DNA of 64,000 bases from an uncultured Bifidobacteriaceae bacterium (lineage in GTDB: Bacteria; Acidobacteriota; Vicinamibacteria; Vicinamibacterales; UBA2999): positions 56,837 through 120,836 of the forward strand of contig CAZJBN010000001.1 in the NCBI GenBank assembly GCA_964543955.1, in the 5' to 3' direction. Positions 44,622-54,198 of the stretch are shown here, one piece after another. Each line of letters opens with the position of its first letter. The first letter of the stretch is position 1. The position numbers were made by a program, and so were the translations under genes. Below the pieces are notes generated by a model. It was given only the letters and a program-made list of their open reading frames with translations, was not told the origin of the DNA and did no database searches.

Positions 44622-46154
44622 TCATTTGCCGGCAGACCGTGCGAGGACCCGTCCCGGCCGTGCACCCGTGACCGCATCGCCTGACCAGACGACCTGGCCG
44701 TTCACCCAGACGCGACGGATGCCCGAGGCGAGCCGCCGCGGCTCCTCGAACGTGGAACGGTCGATGACCGTGTCGGGATCGAACAGGACCAGGTCGGCTT
44801 TCATGCCCGGGCGGACAAGGCCCCGGTCCGCCAGGCCGAGACGCGCTGCGGGCATCGAGGTCATCTTGCGGACCGCCTCCGGGAGCGTCAGCCATCCGTC
44901 TTCGCGCACGAGCTTTCCGAGGACGCGCGGAAACGTGCCCGCGCCGCGGGGGTGGTTGTTGTTGATCCCGCCGTCGCTCGACACCATCGTCCAGGGCTGC
45001 TGGTAGAACATGCGGAGGTCGGGCTCGGACATGGTGTGGCCGATGATTCCCGCATCCTCGTCCTCGACAATGAGGATGTAGGCGTCCACTTCGGAGAGGC
45101 CCTCGTCCCTCGCGACCTCGTCGAGGCGCTTGCCGACATGCCGGGGGAACTTCGGCAGGCGTGTGATCTGCACGTTGCGGCCGCCGCCGACGTCGTCGAG
45201 CGCTTCCTGCACGCTCGCTGGATCGTCGTACTGCTTGTTGGGCACGAGGACCTTGAGATTCGACTGCCACGCCAGATACGGATAGGCGTCCGCCGTGACG
45301 TCCACACCGCGTGCGCGCGCGGCCTCGACGAGGGTCACCACGTCCGCAGCCTTGCCCCACACGCCGACCGTTCCCAGCTTGATGTGCGTGATCTGCACGG
45401 GGAGCTTCGCGCGCTCGCCAACGGCAATGGCCTCGACGATCGCCTCCATCGAGCGGTCGGCTTCGTCACGGATGTGCGAGATGTAGAAGCCGCCCTGGGC
45501 TGCGGCTGCGCGTGCCAGCTCGACGATCTCTTCGGTGTCCGAGTAGCTGCCGACCTCGTACTCCAGGCCGGACGACAGCCCGATCGCGCCTTCGCGCATG
45601 GCCTGGTCCACGAGCGCGCGCATTCGCCTCACTTCTGCGCCGCTGGCTTGTCGCCTGTAGTCGTCGCCCATCACCTGGCGCCGCACCGTCGCATGACCGA
45701 CGAGCAGCACGACGTTGATGGCCGTCGGGTTCGCCCGCCGCCGTGCGATGTAGCCGGCAATCGGCCACGGCGAGCTGCCATCCTGCCCGAGGGCGACGGT
45801 GGTGATGCCCTGCGAGACCTGTGTCGCCGCATCGGGGTCTGTCTCGATGCCGTCGGTCGAGTGATTGTGCGGATCGATGAAGCCGGGCGCGAGGACGAGT
45901 CCCGTCCCGTCGACGAGCTCGTCGCCCGGCCTCGGATTGATCTCGCCAACCTCGGCAATGGTGTCCCCTGTGACGCGGACGCTCGCGATGCGGATCGCCT
46001 GGCCGCTGCCGTCCGCCAGCTGGACGCCCCTGACGACGAACGTCGCGGGACCTGACTGCGGGAATGCGCCCATCCCCGTCGCGCCGGCCAGGAGGGCCGC
46101 ACCAATGACCAGCCCGGTCGGCAGCGGAGCGAAACTCGAGGGCGCCGGACGCAT
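44622..46154 (-). CDS. N-acyl-D-amino-acid deacylase (D-aminoacylase) family amidohydrolase, exported
   Basis: Start placed at ATG 46154, giving a signal-like N-terminus. Amidohydrolase metal motif GFIDPHNHS. Further D-aminoacylase-like blocks SSGLEY, HIRDE and HIKL. Confidence 0.9.
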   Translation of the reverse strand: MRPAPSSFAPLPTGLVIGAALLAGATGMGAFPQSGPATFVVRGVQLADGSGQAIRIASVRVTGDTIAEVGEINPRPGDELVDGTGLVLAPGFIDPHNHSTDGIETDPDAATQVSQGITTVALGQDGSSPWPIAGYIARRRANPTAINVVLLVGHATVRRQVMGDDYRRQASGAEVRRMRALVDQAMREGAIGLSSGLEYEVGSYSDTEEIVELARAAAAQGGFYISHIRDEADRSMEAIVEAIAVGERAKLPVQITHIKLGTVGVWGKAADVVTLVEAARARGVDVTADAYPYLAWQSNLKVLVPNKQYDDPASVQEALDDVGGGRNVQITRLPKFPRHVGKRLDEVARDEGLSEVDAYILIVEDEDAGIIGHTMSEPDLRMFYQQPWTMVSSDGGINNNHPRGAGTFPRVLGKLVREDGWLTLPEAVRKMTSMPAARLGLADRGLVRPGMKADLVLFDPDTVIDRSTFEEPRRLASGIRRVWVNGQVVWSGDAVTGARPGRVLARSAGK

Positions 46155-46346
46155 GTGCGGATTATATGAGCCAGAGTCGGGTGCGCCCGGAACTGGTATT
46201 CTGTGCCCGGCTGGTGGGGCACGGCGTTCCCGACGTCCACGGACGTCCCGGAAGGCCATCCGATGTGTCGGGCGGTCCTCCGGCCTCCAGGCCGTGCACC
46301 GGCGGCGAGTGCCGGCGCTTCGGCAATCGAGCAACGGAGGCGATCA

Positions 46347-47990
46347 ATGACTGCGATGCGAAGGTCGGTTGCGGCGGTTGCGTGCCTGGTCCTGGTGATG
46401 GCACAGGCATCGCGGTCGTCCTCCCAGGAGTTTGGCACCATCACATTCCCGACGTCGGGCGCCCCGGCGGCTCAGGCTGCCTTCCTCACTGGCGTCAAGG
46501 CGCTGCACAACTTCCAGTTCGACGAAGCGGCCGTGGCCTTCAAGGAAGCGCAGAAAGCCGACCCCGCCTTCGCGATGGCGTACTGGGGCGAGGCCATGAG
46601 CCACAATCACCCGCTCTGGGCCCAGCAGGATGTCGAGGCCGCCAAGGCCGTCCTCGATCGCCTGGCCCCGACCCACGAAGAGCGAGTGGCCAGGGCCGCG
46701 CTGCCCAAGGAGAAGGCGTTCCTCGTCGCGATGCACGAGCTGTACTTCTCGCCCGGGGACAAGCTTGCGCGCGACCAGGCGTACTCGCAGGCCATGGCGC
46801 GGATGTATGTGCAGTGGCCCGACGACCACGAAGTGGCGGTCTTCTATGCCCTGTCGCTTCTCGGCACGGTCCGTCCCGGGGACACCGGGTTCCGGCGCCA
46901 GGCGCTCGCAGCGTCGATTGCCGAGGCCGTTTTCGCTGCCAACCCGAAGCACCCGGGGGCGGCACACTTCGTCATTCACTCGTTCGACGATCCGGATCAC
47001 GCGCCGCTCGGGTTGAAGGCCGCCAAGGCGTACGCCCAGATCGCGCCGTCGGCCGCGCATGCGCTGCACATGCCGTCGCATATCTTCGTTCAACTCGGCA
47101 TGTGGCAGGAGGCGGCGGCTTCGAACGTCGACGCCTACAAGGCCGCCGTGGACCTGAACAAACGGCTCGCGCTGGCCGAGGGCCGCGAGGACTTCCACAC
47201 GTTGTCGTGGCTGGCCTATGCCAACACGATGCTCGGCCGCACCGACGAGGCCCGGACGAACGTGGAGCTGGCGAAGCAGGCGGCCGACCGGAACCCCGCC
47301 AATCCGGGCATCCGCGACGGCTATCTCGGCATGCGCGCGCGCCTCATCTCCGATACGGCGCAGTGGGAGAAGCTGGCGCTCGCTGCGCCATCCGCCGAGG
47401 GCGGTGAGCACGCCGGCATGCCGGGCATGCCCGGCATGGGCGGCGGCAGCGGCTCAGCCACCTGGACCTACATCGTCGGCGTGAGCGCCGCAAAGATGGG
47501 CGACCTCGCCACGGCAGAAGCTGCCGCAAAGCAGCTCGCGGCGATGACGGCCGGCGTCAAAGGCGGTCCGACGTCGTATGCGGCCAGGCCGCATCTGATT
47601 CGCGAGAAGCAGCTGGGCGCCATGATTCAATCGGCCAAGGACCAGAAGGACGCTGCGCTTCGCCTGGCGAAGGAGGCCGCAGACATCGAGCAGTCGATGG
47701 CGGCCCCGTCAGGCCCGCCGGAGCCCATCAAGCCGTCCTTCGAGCTCTACGGCGAAATGCTGCTCGACGCCGGTCGCGCGAAGGACGCCGTGCAGGCCTT
47801 CGAGCAGTCGCTGCTCCGCACTCCCAAGCGGACGCCGTCGGTGCTTGGCCTCGCGCGTGCCGCGACGGCGGCGGGCGACACCATGACGGCCCGGCAGCGC
47901 TACCAGGAGATCGCCGCGATGCCCGGCGCGGCGCCGACTTCGCCAGCCGTGGCCGAAGCGCGGAAGGCGCTCGCGTCGACAGACTTCTGA
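46347..47990 (+). CDS. TPR-like exported protein, function unknown
   Basis: ATG 46347 with GGAGG 6 nt upstream. Signal peptide MTAMRRSVAAVACLVLVMAQA. Helical repeat composition (FDEAAVAFKEAQKADPAFAMAYWGEA...). Confidence 0.8.
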   Translation: MTAMRRSVAAVACLVLVMAQASRSSSQEFGTITFPTSGAPAAQAAFLTGVKALHNFQFDEAAVAFKEAQKADPAFAMAYWGEAMSHNHPLWAQQDVEAAKAVLDRLAPTHEERVARAALPKEKAFLVAMHELYFSPGDKLARDQAYSQAMARMYVQWPDDHEVAVFYALSLLGTVRPGDTGFRRQALAASIAEAVFAANPKHPGAAHFVIHSFDDPDHAPLGLKAAKAYAQIAPSAAHALHMPSHIFVQLGMWQEAAASNVDAYKAAVDLNKRLALAEGREDFHTLSWLAYANTMLGRTDEARTNVELAKQAADRNPANPGIRDGYLGMRARLISDTAQWEKLALAAPSAEGGEHAGMPGMPGMGGGSGSATWTYIVGVSAAKMGDLATAEAAAKQLAAMTAGVKGGPTSYAARPHLIREKQLGAMIQSAKDQKDAALRLAKEAADIEQSMAAPSGPPEPIKPSFELYGEMLLDAGRAKDAVQAFEQSLLRTPKRTPSVLGLARAATAAGDTMTARQRYQEIAAMPGAAPTSPAVAEARKALASTDF

Positions 47991-48006
47991 GCGGCGAGCG
48001 AGGCCA

Positions 48007-48825
48007 TCACCGGAGAGCGACCGAGAGCGTGTAGAGGAATGTGCCGGCGCCGCTCTCCGGTTGGCGCACCACCTCGATACGGTAGTCCGACGTTGCGGTG
48101 GCGCGTCCGGTCCAGACGCGCGTGCCCCGATCGGCGCGGGCGTCGAGCGGCTTGCCGGTCTTCGCGTCGACCAGGCGCAGGACGACCGTGTTGCCCTTGA
48201 CGCCGTCGAGGCGCGCGTCGATGAGCGCGCCCTGTCCGGCCGGGAACTCGTAGACATCCGTGCCGCCCGGATCGATGGCGCCGTTCACGAGCGTCGGCCG
48301 CCCGGCGCGGAACGACAGGCGTCGCGCGGCCGCGGCCGGGCCGCTCCGAGCCTGGGCGCCGGCTGGGACCGTAATCTGGGTGATCCCGAGGGCGCCGCCC
48401 GTCGGCTCGATGACGATCGCGCCGCCGATGACGGCGCCGCCGCCAGGACCGACCACGACGGTCGACGAGGCGCGTCCTCCTTGCGGCGGCCGCGCGCCGG
48501 CAACGAGCGCCCTGGTCGCGGGCGTGAAGATCTGGCCGTACAGCTCGCCGAAGGCTGTCGGATCGGGCACTGGCAGCCGGAGGCCCGACGACATGACCGT
48601 CAGCGGGAACCGCATCATCCCGGCGAGGGCCGTGCGGTCGTCGTTCGCCACGGCGCGCTGCAGGGCCGCGACGAACTGTTGCACTCGCTCCTCATGCGCT
48701 TCCGACCGGACCTGCCAGCGCCCGGCCATCTCGCGCGCGTGCATCGGCTGGATCGCGGCGACGGCCATGACGAGAATGCCTGCCGTCCTGATCGCTGGTG
48801 AGTAGCGCCGGGCAATGTCCGACAT
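48007..48825 (-). CDS. exported hypothetical protein
   Basis: Start placed at ATG 48825 (MSDIARRYSPAIRTAGILVMAVAAIQPMHA signal-like N-terminus). The C-terminal half is beta-rich (TDVYEFPAGQGALIDARLDGVKGNTVVLRLVD), reminiscent of a pre-peptidase/PPC-like sandwich. Confidence 0.6.
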   Translation of the reverse strand: MSDIARRYSPAIRTAGILVMAVAAIQPMHAREMAGRWQVRSEAHEERVQQFVAALQRAVANDDRTALAGMMRFPLTVMSSGLRLPVPDPTAFGELYGQIFTPATRALVAGARPPQGGRASSTVVVGPGGGAVIGGAIVIEPTGGALGITQITVPAGAQARSGPAAAARRLSFRAGRPTLVNGAIDPGGTDVYEFPAGQGALIDARLDGVKGNTVVLRLVDAKTGKPLDARADRGTRVWTGRATATSDYRIEVVRQPESGAGTFLYTLSVALR

Positions 48826-49843
48826 GTGCGACGCGTCCAATCCGACAAGGGCACAGGCGCCAGGGAAGCGCCGACTGGTGACAGTACTCCCACATTTCTG
48901 GCTCTCGATCCACCGCGGATACCGTTGTCGCGACAGCGGCGTCTGCTGTTCGTCCGGCTGGCAGATACCCGTCGAACGGACCCGTGCGTCGGAGGTGGCG
49001 CGCGCGATTGAGACCGGGCACGTGTCCCCGCTGGTCACGTCGTGGATGACCGACATGCCAGGTGCGCCACAGGACGTGGCGGGCGCGATGGCCCTCCGAT
49101 CGGATGGGCACTGCGTCTTTCACCGAGAGCCGTCCCGAGGTTCGACCGGAACAGGCGCCTGCGGAATCCACGCCTGGCGTCCCGCCTCGTGCGAGCACTT
49201 CCCGTATGTCTGTGCGATCGATCCGCGCGGCGTCCGCGTCACGCTCTCGCACTACTGTCCAACGGCCGCGGAGATGCTCTTTGACACGAACACCGCGGTG
49301 GAGATCATCGATGGGCCGCCCGTCTTCGCCGACCGACGGCTGCCCGAAGGCATGGATGCGAGGGACGCCCTGCCCCCCGTGACGGCCGACAGGAGCCGGC
49401 TCATGAGCTGGGACGAGGTCACGGCGTGGGAGCGCGAAGCCCTTGCCGACGTCGTGGCATCGGCAGCAGCCCCCTTGCCGCCGGAACGCGAGCTGTACGA
49501 CGCGGCGCGTCGTGCCATCGCACCGTCGCTATCGTGGCCCGCGGCGCCTGATCGGCTCGAGGAGGCGTGGCAGGCGCATGTGGCGCCCGCATGGCCGGAG
49601 CTATCCCGTGTGGCCGGGCACTATCTTGCGGCGAAACTGTTCGCGTCCTGGTCGTTGTATCTCGGCGCGGGCCTTCCCGAAGTGTTGCGGGCTGTCGACG
49701 TGGCTCGTGCCGTCCTCGACGTCGAAGCCGTGCGGCAGTGCCTGGCCGCCGGCCGCCGGCTCGATGCGCCGCTGTTGAAAGAAGCAATCCGCCGGAGTGA
49801 TCTGCTGCTCGTGCACTACGCGGACCCGACACCAGGCCCGTGA
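48815..49843 (+). CDS. YkgJ/FliB-like cysteine-cluster protein
   Basis: 342 aa. N-terminal CRDSGVCCSSGWQIPV and a second cluster CVFH...GACGIHAWRPASCEHFPYVC. The long helical C-terminal region matches what I recall of FliB-type proteins. The start is uncertain, because the listed ATG overlaps the divergent gene start by 11 nt. Confidence 0.6.
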   Translation: MSDMCDASNPTRAQAPGKRRLVTVLPHFWLSIHRGYRCRDSGVCCSSGWQIPVERTRASEVARAIETGHVSPLVTSWMTDMPGAPQDVAGAMALRSDGHCVFHREPSRGSTGTGACGIHAWRPASCEHFPYVCAIDPRGVRVTLSHYCPTAAEMLFDTNTAVEIIDGPPVFADRRLPEGMDARDALPPVTADRSRLMSWDEVTAWEREALADVVASAAAPLPPERELYDAARRAIAPSLSWPAAPDRLEEAWQAHVAPAWPELSRVAGHYLAAKLFASWSLYLGAGLPEVLRAVDVARAVLDVEAVRQCLAAGRRLDAPLLKEAIRRSDLLLVHYADPTPGP

Positions 49844-49879
49844 CGGCTGCCGCGAGCTCTCTGGGCCTCCGGTGCCGTT

Positions 49880-50959
49880 ATGATGTTCGCCATGTCTCGA
49901 CGAGCCGGTCTGCTCGCATGCGTGTTGATCGTGGGGTTCACGGCGATCACGGTCCAGACGAGGATTGTGCAGCGACCACGTCCGCCCGGTGCCGCCTTCA
50001 CCGGCGAGGCATTCCGGATCACCAGGATTCAGGACGGCGTCTACCATGCCGTCGGCACCGGCGCGCTCTCGGTCGGCTGCAACGCGGCCATCATCGTCAA
50101 CGACGAGGACGTCCTGGTCGTGGACTCCCACAGTACGCCGGCAGCGGCATGGGCGTTGAGCGAACAACTGAAGACGATCACCGACAAGCCGGTCCGGTAT
50201 GTCATCAACACCCACTTTCACTGGGACCATGCGCACGGGAACCAGGTCTACGGGCCGGGCGTGGAGATCATCGGACACGAGTTCACCCGCCGGATGCTTG
50301 CCAGCGGCGAGAGCATGCGCGGCCGCTCCTACGACATGTTCATCGGGAACATCCCGACCCAGATTGCGCAGTTGCGCGCGAAGATCGACGGCATGCCCGA
50401 CGGCGCCGACAAGGAGAAGCTGCGGCAGCAGCTGTCCGTGCAGGAGCAGTATCGCGAGGCTCAGGCGAGTGTCGAGCCGCAGCCGCCGACCGTCACGCTC
50501 GACGACAGGCTGACGCTCTACCGTGGTGGGCGCGAAATCCAGATTCTCTTCCTGGGCCGCGGCCACACGGGCGGCGACGTTGTCGTGTACCTCCCGAAGG
50601 AGAGGGTCGTCGCCACCGGCGACCTGCTGGCTGCGGGCACGGCCTACCTGGGCGACGCCTACCCGACCGAGTGGAGCGCGACCCTCGACAGGCTTCGTGC
50701 CCTCGACTTCGAGTGGACCCTGCCCGGCCACGGCGATGCGTTCCAGGGCAAGACCAGGATCGACCACTTCCAGGCCTACCTGAAGGACTTCTGGCAGCAG
50801 GCCCGGACCCTGCACGACCAGGGGTTGAGCGCCGAGGAGGCGGCGAGGCGCATCGACCTCAGGTCCCACGCGGTCAACTATCCGAACATACGCGACGTCG
50901 GCATCCTCAACCACGGTGTCTATCGCGCGTACGATCTGATCGAGGGCCGCGTCCAGTGA
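49880..50959 (+). CDS. MBL-fold metallo-hydrolase, exported
   Basis: 359 aa. Signal/anchor RRAGLLACVLIVGFTAITV. Metal motif THFHWDHAHGN, with later GHT and PGHG blocks. Confidence 0.88.
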   Translation: MMFAMSRRAGLLACVLIVGFTAITVQTRIVQRPRPPGAAFTGEAFRITRIQDGVYHAVGTGALSVGCNAAIIVNDEDVLVVDSHSTPAAAWALSEQLKTITDKPVRYVINTHFHWDHAHGNQVYGPGVEIIGHEFTRRMLASGESMRGRSYDMFIGNIPTQIAQLRAKIDGMPDGADKEKLRQQLSVQEQYREAQASVEPQPPTVTLDDRLTLYRGGREIQILFLGRGHTGGDVVVYLPKERVVATGDLLAAGTAYLGDAYPTEWSATLDRLRALDFEWTLPGHGDAFQGKTRIDHFQAYLKDFWQQARTLHDQGLSAEEAARRIDLRSHAVNYPNIRDVGILNHGVYRAYDLIEGRVQ

Positions 50960-50996
50960 CACACCGGGTGTGTGCCGCCAGTCGCGTGCGGCCCCG

Positions 50997-51755
50997 ATGA
51001 AGATCGTCACATGGAACGTCAATGGCGTTCGCGCGCGCCAGGCCGAGCTGCTTCAGTGGCTGGCTACCGAACGGCCCGCCGTCGTGTGCCTGCAGGAGAT
51101 CAAGGCGTCGCTCGACCAGCTGCCGTTCGATCTCCGCGACGTCGACGGCTACTGGTCCTTCTGGCACGGCGAGAAGGGCTATTCGGGCGTGGCGATTCTC
51201 GTCTCGCGCGAGCTGGCGGTCGCCGAGCCCTCCGTGGCGCACCCGGCCTTCGATTTCGAGCAGCGAATCGCGACCATCGACCTCCTCGAGGGCCCAGGGC
51301 CCCTGACGGTTGCCTCGGTGTATGTCCCGAACGGCGGCAAGGACTACGAGGCCAAACTCCGGTTCCTGGATGCACTGGATCTCTGGGCCGAAGAGGCGGC
51401 ACGCGAGAGCCGGCGCGTCGTCGTCTGCGGCGACCTGAACGTTGCGCGGACCGAGCGAGACATCCATCCGAAGGAGCGCAAACCGAACCAGATCGGTGCG
51501 CGGCCCGACGAACGCGAGGCCCTCGAGCGAATCCTGTCGCGCGGTCTCGTGGACGTGGGACGTACCCTCGACCCTGACAACGATCAGTTGTTCACGTGGT
51601 GGGCGCCGTGGCGGAACCTCAAGCAGCGCAACATCGGATGGCGGATCGACTACGTCCTGGCGTCGACCGACCTGGCGGCGACGGCACGCACGTCGACCGT
51701 GCAGCGCGACGTGGGTACGAGCGACCACGGTCCCCTGGTCGTCGAGTTCGGATGA
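50997..51755 (+). CDS. xthA: exodeoxyribonuclease III
   Basis: MKIVTWNVNGVRAR...VVCLQEIK...GYSGVAIL...CGDLNVA...WRIDYVL...SDHGPLVVEF. This is the canonical EEP/Xth pattern. Confidence 0.93.
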   Translation: MKIVTWNVNGVRARQAELLQWLATERPAVVCLQEIKASLDQLPFDLRDVDGYWSFWHGEKGYSGVAILVSRELAVAEPSVAHPAFDFEQRIATIDLLEGPGPLTVASVYVPNGGKDYEAKLRFLDALDLWAEEAARESRRVVVCGDLNVARTERDIHPKERKPNQIGARPDEREALERILSRGLVDVGRTLDPDNDQLFTWWAPWRNLKQRNIGWRIDYVLASTDLAATARTSTVQRDVGTSDHGPLVVEFG

Positions 51756-51774
51756 AAGACGCCTGACCCCTTTT

Positions 51775-53571
51775 TCAGTGGTGCAGCAGCAGGGTGGCCG
51801 GGGCGGAGGTCCGCCCCGACTTGTGAAGATTCAGTAAGAACCGCTGGCCGTCCGGCGCGACGTCGAACCATCCGGCAGGCTCATCCGTCTCAAACAACGT
51901 GGACGTCGAGCGGATCTCGACCTGTCCCCTTCCACCAGCCAGCATGGCGACGTGGACCCCCCGTCCACGCCGGAAGAACAGCTCGCGGCCGTCCCGGCTC
52001 CATCGTGGATCGCTGCCCCCTCCGCTCGTAACGCGAATCCGTGGGACGGGCCCAGGGGAGCGGTCCGCGAATCGCTCCACATAGATCTCCCATTCCCCCG
52101 ACTCGTCCGACGCGTACGCGATCCACCGCCCGTCCGGCGAGACCGCACCCTGCACGTCCGCAAACGGCGTCGACACCACGGCTTGTGGCTCCCGTCCGGA
52201 CCTTGTCGGTACCCGCCAGATGTCCTCGCGCGTGCCGGCGAGTGTCCGCGTGACAATTACCCAGGCACCGTCCGGGGTCCACCCCGAGACGCGGACCGGC
52301 TCGTCGAAGGTCGCGAGCGTGTCTTCTTCGAGAACGGCGCCCGCGCCGCGCACGACCACTTTGCGCCGGGCGGAGGTCCACGCGACGCGCAGGCCGTCGG
52401 GCGACCACGCGGGGTAGTCATCCATGTCGGTCGAGCGCGACAGCCGCATCGGCACTGGATCGGGCGGTTCGAGGATTACCACGTCGAGGGTGCGGAGCTG
52501 CGCCTGCAGCTCGGTGGCGGCCACCCGCCGCGCTTCCGGCGCGATGCGCACCGCGCCGAACTCGCCGGTCCCGGCGATGCCCGCGCGCTGGCCGGACCGC
52601 GTGAACCAGACGAGCTCGCGGAGCATCGAGAGCGGCGGCGCGAAGACGATGGTCTCGCGCGATGCCGTCGCCAGCAGCTGTCCCAGCGGCCCGCGCCCGA
52701 CCTCGACGCCGAGCAGGGTTGCAGGTCCGGTCAGGCGCCGGCTCTCGAGGTCGAGGTCCTGCGCGACGAGCGCCGTGTCGCTCGCGTAGATGATCCGACC
52801 GTTCGCATGGAGGGCATGGGCATCGGTCCCGGCCAGGCGCACCCTGTCGGCCGGCCGATCGAGCGACGTGAGCCACACGCCCTGACGCACTGGACTCTCC
52901 GCGCTCACCAGGAACAGCACGTGCCGCCCATCGTCGACGAAGACCGGGAGGGTATGGGACCTCTCGCCGGCGGCTTCGTCGAGCGTTGTCAGCGGTTCCA
53001 CCGCGCCATCGGATCGACGGATGGTGAGCCCACCGCGAGGCGATGAGGCGAACACCAGATCGCCGGAGGTGTTCCACGCGGCGCCAAGCGCGGACGCGGC
53101 CGCGACGACGTCCGAAATCGAGGCGCTCGCGAGATCGAAGGCCTTGATCGCGCCGGGCACGAAGAAGCCAAGGCGCTGGCCGTCCGGCGACCAGAACGGA
53201 AGGACGGCCGCATCGGTTCCGGGAAGGGCCTCGGTCCGTCCGGAACTCAGGTCCTGGAGCCACAGCCGGATCACGCCGTCACGTGTGGCGGGGAAGGCCA
53301 CCTGCCGGCCATCCGGCGCGATTGACAGTCCAAACGGGTAGTCGTGGCCCGCGCCGACGTCCAGTCCGGGAGGCGGGACCCACGCTGCGCGCACGGGGGC
53401 TGGCGGTGGCGGATCGGTCTCGCGCCAGTGGTGCACCGCCGGGGCGGCCAGTAGCGCGATGGTCATGACCATCGCGATCACGGCAATGGCGGCGGGCTTC
53501 GAAATCCCAGCCTCGTCCGTATGCGCGGAGCACCAGACGGGTGACCGCGGTGGTTTATACTCGTCGCTCAC
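51775..53571 (-). CDS. membrane-anchored TolB-like WD40 beta-propeller repeat protein
   Basis: 598 aa from a GTG start. One N-terminal TM helix. Repeated TolB-type blades are visible: SPDGRQVAF, WSPDGQRLGF, WSPDGLRVAW, SPDGRWIAYASDESGEWEIYV and WSRDGRELFF. Confidence 0.85.
   Translation of the reverse strand: MSDEYKPPRSPVWCSAHTDEAGISKPAAIAVIAMVMTIALLAAPAVHHWRETDPPPPAPVRAAWVPPPGLDVGAGHDYPFGLSIAPDGRQVAFPATRDGVIRLWLQDLSSGRTEALPGTDAAVLPFWSPDGQRLGFFVPGAIKAFDLASASISDVVAAASALGAAWNTSGDLVFASSPRGGLTIRRSDGAVEPLTTLDEAAGERSHTLPVFVDDGRHVLFLVSAESPVRQGVWLTSLDRPADRVRLAGTDAHALHANGRIIYASDTALVAQDLDLESRRLTGPATLLGVEVGRGPLGQLLATASRETIVFAPPLSMLRELVWFTRSGQRAGIAGTGEFGAVRIAPEARRVAATELQAQLRTLDVVILEPPDPVPMRLSRSTDMDDYPAWSPDGLRVAWTSARRKVVVRGAGAVLEEDTLATFDEPVRVSGWTPDGAWVIVTRTLAGTREDIWRVPTRSGREPQAVVSTPFADVQGAVSPDGRWIAYASDESGEWEIYVERFADRSPGPVPRIRVTSGGGSDPRWSRDGRELFFRRGRGVHVAMLAGGRGQVEIRSTSTLFETDEPAGWFDVAPDGQRFLLNLHKSGRTSAPATLLLHH
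51800..51817. repeat. GC palindrome GGGGCGGAGGTCCGCCCC inside the last codons of the TolB-like gene
   Basis: Perfect 8-bp arms with a 2-nt loop, 23-42 nt upstream of the stop. A related element lies at 54215-54238. Confidence 0.6.
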
Positions 53572-53595
53572 GTTCGTTCCAGGAGGTTTCTGCTG

Positions 53596-54147
53596 ATGTC
53601 GATCCGTTCACTTGCCCTGGTCGCCACTCTTGTCGTCGCGGGCCTTCCCAGCGCCTCGGCCGTGCTCGCTCAGGAAGCGCCAGCCCGCCGGCCCGACGTC
53701 ATCTACGTCCCGACACCGGAAGCCGTGGTCGAGGCCATGCTCCAGGTCGCCAACGTTACCAAGAACGACATCGTGTACGACCTCGGTTGCGGCGACGGCC
53801 GCATTCCGGTGACGGCTGCCAGGAAGTACGGCGCCCGCGGCGTCGGCATCGACATCGATCCCCAGCGGATCAAGGAAGCCAACGAGAACGTCGCGAAGAA
53901 CAATGTCGGCGACCTGGTCAAGATCGTTCAGGGCGACCTGTTCGAACAGGACCTGAGCCAGGCGACGGTCGTGACGCTCTATCTGCTGCCGTCGCTGAAC
54001 GTGAAGCTCATGCCGAAGCTCATGAAGGAGCTCGCACCCGGCACGCGCGTCGTCTCGCATGCCTTCGACATGGGCGACTGGAAGCCCGAGAAGGAGCTCG
54101 ACGTCGAGGGCCGCAAGGTCTACTACTGGACGATCCCCAAGCGCTGA
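53596..54147 (+). CDS. class I SAM-dependent methyltransferase with N-terminal signal peptide
   Basis: AGGAGG lies 9 nt upstream. Signal peptide MSIRSLALVATLVVAGLPSASAVLAQ. SAM motif I VYDLGCGDGRI, an acidic motif II GIDID, and a post-II DLF. Confidence 0.88.
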   Translation: MSIRSLALVATLVVAGLPSASAVLAQEAPARRPDVIYVPTPEAVVEAMLQVANVTKNDIVYDLGCGDGRIPVTAARKYGARGVGIDIDPQRIKEANENVAKNNVGDLVKIVQGDLFEQDLSQATVVTLYLLPSLNVKLMPKLMKELAPGTRVVSHAFDMGDWKPEKELDVEGRKVYYWTIPKR

Positions 54148-54153
54148 CCCGCC

Positions 54154-54187
54154 CATCGGGCTTCGACTCAGGCCCGATGCTCGGGCC
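54154..54187. terminator. alternative hairpins between convergent genes
   Basis: CATCGGGC (54154-54161) pairs with GCCCGATG (54172-54179). Alternatively GGCCCGA (54171-54177) pairs with TCGGGCC (54181-54187). The U-tract is weak. Confidence 0.4.
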
Positions 54188-54198
54188 TTCACTCAGGG

